Part shown: in pieces, positions 60,142-64,000 of the stretch
Layout of the letters: the number at the start of each line of letters is the position of its first letter
Numbering within the stretch: position 1 is the first letter of the stretch
Assembly (NCBI GenBank): GCA_045589295.1
Contig: JAZNOU010000013.1
Location: forward strand, 1-64,000
Origin: Clostridia bacterium
Lineage (GTDB): Bacteria > Bacillota > Clostridia > RGIG6154
Length of the DNA: 64,000 nt
Reading direction: 5' to 3'
Translations under genes and position numbers: made by a program
The notes under the pieces: model-generated
Database searches by the model: none
Seen by the model: only the letters and a program-made list of their open reading frames with translations
Told to the model about the DNA's origin: nothing

Positions 60142-60864
60142 TTACAAAACTGAATTTAAAAATGCTTTTGTTCTTTCGTTCTTTGGATTGCTGAAAAGTT
60201 CTTGCGGTGGAGCCTGTTCAACAATTACTCCCTCGTCCATAAACAAAACCCTTGAACCTACTTCTTTTGCAAAACCCATTTCGTGAGTAACAATAACCAT
60301 TGTCATTCCTTGTTTAGCGAGGTCTTTCATAACATCTAAAACCTCACCTACCATTTCCGGATCAAGTGCTGACGTAGGTTCATCAAAAAGCATAATTTCC
60401 GGTTCCATAGCAAGTGCTCTTGCTATTGCAATTCTCTGCTGCTGACCGCCTGAAAGCTGTGCAGGATAGCTTGATGCTTTATCTTCAAGTCCAACTTTCT
60501 TCAACAAGCTCATTGCTAAAGCCTCTGCATCCTGCTTGCACATTTTTTTAATTTTCATTGGTGCCAATGTTATATTTTCTATTATACTAAGGTGTGGAAA
60601 AAGGTTAAACTGCTGAAAAACCATTCCCATTTTCTGTCTTACCTTATTTATATCAACATTTTTACTGTTGATTACTTCACCATTTAATTCAATTGTTCCG
60701 TCTGTAGGCTCTTCGAGAAGATTAAGGCATCTTAAAAATGTGCTCTTACCTGACCCAGAAGGCCCAATAATTACAACTTTTTCACCTTTTTTTATTTCTT
60801 CGCTTACTCCTCTTAAAACCTTGAGTTTGCCGAAATCTTTATGTAAATCATTAATTTTAATCAT
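60142..60864 (-). CDS. Polar amino acid ABC transporter ATPase (GlnQ-like)
   Basis: [36 protein letters not shown]. Confidence 0.93.
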   Translation of the reverse strand: MIKINDLHKDFGKLKVLRGVSEEIKKGEKVVIIGPSGSGKSTFLRCLNLLEEPTDGTIELNGEVINSKNVDINKVRQKMGMVFQQFNLFPHLSIIENITLAPMKIKKMCKQDAEALAMSLLKKVGLEDKASSYPAQLSGGQQQRIAIARALAMEPEIMLFDEPTSALDPEMVGEVLDVMKDLAKQGMTMVIVTHEMGFAKEVGSRVLFMDEGVIVEQAPPQELFSNPKNERTKAFLNSVL

Positions 60865-60876
60865 ATTTAATCCTCT

Positions 60877-61578
60877 TTATCTTGCATCAGCTTTACCAAG
60901 TTTTTTCTCAAACGCTGTAAGTGCAGCTGAAAGCAATTTTACAACTACAAAATAAATAACTGCAATTGACAAAAGCGGCCAGAATGAATTATATGTTCTA
61001 CTTGTAATAATCTGAGATGCCTTAGTAAGTTCATAAGCCCCGATATACCCTGCAACAGATGTTTCTTTTACCAGTACAATGAATTCATTTCCAAGTGCGG
61101 GTAAAATATTTTTTATTGCCTGAGGTAAAATGATATATCTCATTGTAAGACCTTCACTAAGCCCCAAAGATCTTCCTGCTTCGGTCTGTCCTTTATTTAT
61201 TGACTGAATTCCTGCTCTTATAATTTCTGCAATATATGCCGCACTGTTTAAACCAAAAGCAATTGATGCAACGATTGTTTTATCAATATCAACTGATGCA
61301 AACACTACAAAATTTATAATAAGAAGCTGAACAAAAGATGGTGTGCCTCTTATTACATCAATAAACGCATTAGAAAGCCATCTGAAAAATGCAATGATTA
61401 TATTCTTTGATTTTGAAATTTTCGCAAGTGCAAGAACAATACCCAGCACAACACCGATAATAACTGCAAATAGTGAAATTTCAAGCGTTATTCCAAGACC
61501 TTTTAATAAAAGTAACCATCTGTTACTTGCAACAACATTAGTATAAAATCCGTCGTATAAATTCTGCCAAAAGCTCAT
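60877..61578 (-). CDS. Polar amino acid ABC transporter permease
   Basis: IRGTP, SAAYIAEIIRAGI, GQTEAGRSLG, LVKETS. Confidence 0.92.
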   Translation of the reverse strand: MSFWQNLYDGFYTNVVASNRWLLLLKGLGITLEISLFAVIIGVVLGIVLALAKISKSKNIIIAFFRWLSNAFIDVIRGTPSFVQLLIINFVVFASVDIDKTIVASIAFGLNSAAYIAEIIRAGIQSINKGQTEAGRSLGLSEGLTMRYIILPQAIKNILPALGNEFIVLVKETSVAGYIGAYELTKASQIITSRTYNSFWPLLSIAVIYFVVVKLLSAALTAFEKKLGKADAR

Positions 61579-61623
61579 ACATACACCTCTCTTTGGATTT
61601 TTATAACAAAATCCATCTAGGTA

Positions 61624-61702
61624 ATTTTAGCATATATTGAAAATAATGTCAACAGCCCATTACTTTTTTGCATAAAAATACATTCTTTACATAATTTATT
61701 CC
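61624..61702 (-). promoter_or_regulatory. ABC operon promoter with ARG box
   Basis: TTGACA (61652-61647), TGC-TAAAAT; TGCATAAAAATACA at 61669-61682 plus a weaker adjacent copy. Confidence 0.55.
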
Positions 61703-61783
61703 TCTGTTAAGCCTTGCAAAAAATACATATATTTGATATAATAAGATAGATATTTACAAATTTATTTGAAACAGAGGTTTTTT

Positions 61784-63127
61784 ATGAAAAAACTTGCAAT
61801 AATACTTGCTTTTATGATAGCAATATCTTTTGGCAATACAATTTATGCTAAAGAGTTGCCCGAAACAGTAAAAATTGGTCTTTTTTACAGCAGTACCGCA
61901 AAGGAAACTGTTGATATTGTCTGTGATGGTGAACTTAAGCTTTACGATTCAGCTATCGGCACAATGGTTGTTTTATCAGAAGACGGATTGATGGTTTCAG
62001 ACCCCGTTATTGCCACTGCAAAAACTTTTTCTTTTTCTGTCGTTGACAGAAAAATATCCGCAACTGACAGCGTTAATACCTACATACTTGAAGGTGATGC
62101 TTATATATATGCTTCTGAAAGTTTTGTTCAGGTAGGTTCAAAAAAATACAGAGGTCATATTCAACTTAAAGTCGATAAAAACGGAAAACTTACAGTTATC
62201 AACGAAGTAAATCTTGAAGAGTACTTATACGGCGTTTTACCTTATGAAATGTCAACAGGTTTTCCTTATGAAGCTTTAAAAGCCCAGGCAGTTTGCGCAA
62301 GAACTTATGCAGTAAACAATATCGGACGCTTCAAAGAACACGGCTTTGACCTTACGGATAACACCCTTTCTCAGGTATACAATGGCATAAAAGGTGAAGC
62401 AAATGACTGTACAAATGCAGTCAATGAAACCAAAGGTCTGGTTGTAATGTATGGCGGAAAAATTGCAGAAACTTTTTATTATGCTTCTTCAAGCGGAGAA
62501 ACTCTGGACGTTAAAGATGTGTGGGGTTCTACAACTTATCCGTACCTCATTTCTGTTCCTGACACATATCAAAGTGTAATTTATCCTAACGGCTACACCT
62601 GGGAAGTTGCTTATACTCAGTCAGAATTAACCAAGCTAATGAACGACAAGGGATTTACTCTTGGTACTATAAAAGATATTACCATTGATAAAACTACACC
62701 ACAAGGAGCGGTAACTTCGCTTACATTTGTAGGTGAACGTGGTTCAAAAACTTACACTTTAGGCAACACCCGAACTGTGCTTAACCTTAAAAGTCAGGTC
62801 TTTAAAATTTCAAAAGAATACTCACGAAACGAATATAAAACTTATTTCATTACTTCGGAGGGCGTAGCACATTCAAGCAACCAGGGATATGTTCTATCTT
62901 CAAAGGGAATTGAAAAATCGGACAATCAATATGCAATATCATCTTCGGGAATTTCAAAAGTAACTCCGTCTTTTTCTCAACAGGCAGTTGACAAATATGT
63001 CATTTATGGTTCAGGATATGGCCACGGAATAGGTATGAGTCAAAACGGTGCAAAAGGTATGGCAAAATCAGGCTTTACTTTTGACCAGATTTTAACTCAC
63101 TACTTCCCGGGCTGCACGGTAGAATAA
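61784..63127 (+). CDS. SpoIID/LytB domain protein
   Basis: Signal peptide, YRG, LEEYLYGVLPYEM, ALKAQAVCARTYA, SQVY, GHGIGMSQ.GA, ILTHYFPG; usual queA neighbour. Confidence 0.9.
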   Translation: MKKLAIILAFMIAISFGNTIYAKELPETVKIGLFYSSTAKETVDIVCDGELKLYDSAIGTMVVLSEDGLMVSDPVIATAKTFSFSVVDRKISATDSVNTYILEGDAYIYASESFVQVGSKKYRGHIQLKVDKNGKLTVINEVNLEEYLYGVLPYEMSTGFPYEALKAQAVCARTYAVNNIGRFKEHGFDLTDNTLSQVYNGIKGEANDCTNAVNETKGLVVMYGGKIAETFYYASSSGETLDVKDVWGSTTYPYLISVPDTYQSVIYPNGYTWEVAYTQSELTKLMNDKGFTLGTIKDITIDKTTPQGAVTSLTFVGERGSKTYTLGNTRTVLNLKSQVFKISKEYSRNEYKTYFITSEGVAHSSNQGYVLSSKGIEKSDNQYAISSSGISKVTPSFSQQAVDKYVIYGSGYGHGIGMSQNGAKGMAKSGFTFDQILTHYFPGCTVE

Positions 63128-63148
63128 TTTTGAGCAGGAGATTTATAT

Positions 63149-64000
63149 ATGCAAAATTTACAACTTTCAGATTTTTACTATGAATTACCAAAAGAATTAA
63201 TTGCACAAACTCCGCTTACTGACAGAGCATCATCAAAGCTCATGGTATTAAGCAGGGGTACTAATTCTATTACTCACAAAACTTTCAGTGATATAACTGA
63301 TTATATAAATGAGGGCGACTGTCTTGTTTTAAATAACACAAGAGTTTTGCCTGCACGTCTTTACGGAATTAAAAAAGGTACTGGTGCACATATAGAATTT
63401 TTACTTTTAAAACGAATAACCGACACCGTGTGGGAAGTTATGGTAAAACCGGGAAAAAGAGCTAAAGTCGGCACTGAAATTGTTTTTGGTGACGGGCTCT
63501 TATCTGCCACTGTTTTAAGCGAAGATTCGGAGTCAGGACTTAAAACTGCACAGTTCCATTTTGACGGAATTTTTGAAGAAATTTTAGATAAGTTAGGAGA
63601 AATGCCTCTCCCACCTTATATAACCGAAAAACTTTCTGACAAAGAACGATATCAAACAGTTTATTCAAAAAATCCAGGTTCTGCCGCAGCACCTACCGCA
63701 GGACTGCATTTCACAGATGAACTTTTAAACAAGCTTAAAACAAAGGGCGTTAAAATTGCATTTTTAACTTTGCATGTAGGGTTAGGTACTTTCCGTCCCG
63801 TTAAAGTTAAAGATATCTCAACCCACAAAATGCACTCAGAATTTTTTGAAATTGACAAAGAAGCTTGTGACATTATTAACGAAACAAAAAAGAGTGGTAA
63901 TAAGGTTTTTTGCGTCGGCACTACCTCAACAAGAACCTTAGAGTCTGTTGCCGATGAAAAGGGCTTTTTAGCACCTAAGAGTGGTTGGACAGATATATTT
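63149..64000 (+). CDS. queA: S-adenosylmethionine:tRNA ribosyltransferase-isomerase (partial, runs off edge)
   Basis: Not in the ORF track. AGGAG RBS; [63 protein letters not shown]. Confidence 0.95.
   Translation, partial: MQNLQLSDFYYELPKELIAQTPLTDRASSKLMVLSRGTNSITHKTFSDITDYINEGDCLVLNNTRVLPARLYGIKKGTGAHIEFLLLKRITDTVWEVMVKPGKRAKVGTEIVFGDGLLSATVLSEDSESGLKTAQFHFDGIFEEILDKLGEMPLPPYITEKLSDKERYQTVYSKNPGSAAAPTAGLHFTDELLNKLKTKGVKIAFLTLHVGLGTFRPVKVKDISTHKMHSEFFEIDKEACDIINETKKSGNKVFCVGTTSTRTLESVADEKGFLAPKSGWTDIF

Noticed and set aside
1-64000. CRISPR arrays, rRNA, transposases, integrases, phage or defence genes
   Set aside because: None recognised in the window; only att-like scars at 291-548 and 58173-58260.

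Overview
Low-GC Firmicute (Clostridia-like, probably spore-forming) chromosomal segment, mostly housekeeping genes on the minus strand: purC, ybaB-dnaX-SRP RNA-tRNA-Leu, feoAB, an eight-gene pyr operon, nusB-xseAB-ispA-deoD-bioY, argGH, infC-rpmI-rplT, prmC, guaA and queA. The first ~20 kb is more accessory. It holds the right end of an element integrated in tRNA-Ser(CGA) carrying a Fic gene, an AbrB plus GT1 glycosyltransferase operon, a GGDEF/EAL pair, a GH20 hydrolase and a PepD-OPT-PqqD(RRE) cluster. It also holds a cobalamin-riboswitch operon encoding an SLH-anchored protein with a transcobalamin-like layout (alpha-barrel plus DUF4430), a second DUF4430 protein, EcfT and an ATPase-ATPase-S-component fusion. 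The best novel-system candidates are (1) this surface B12-capture/ECF system, (2) the stand-alone RRE coupled to an OPT transporter, and (3) two amidotransferases without glutaminase modules in the window (carB without carA, guaA without GATase), hinting at ammonia-dependent nucleotide synthesis. All family calls come from motif recognition by eye; no database searches were run.
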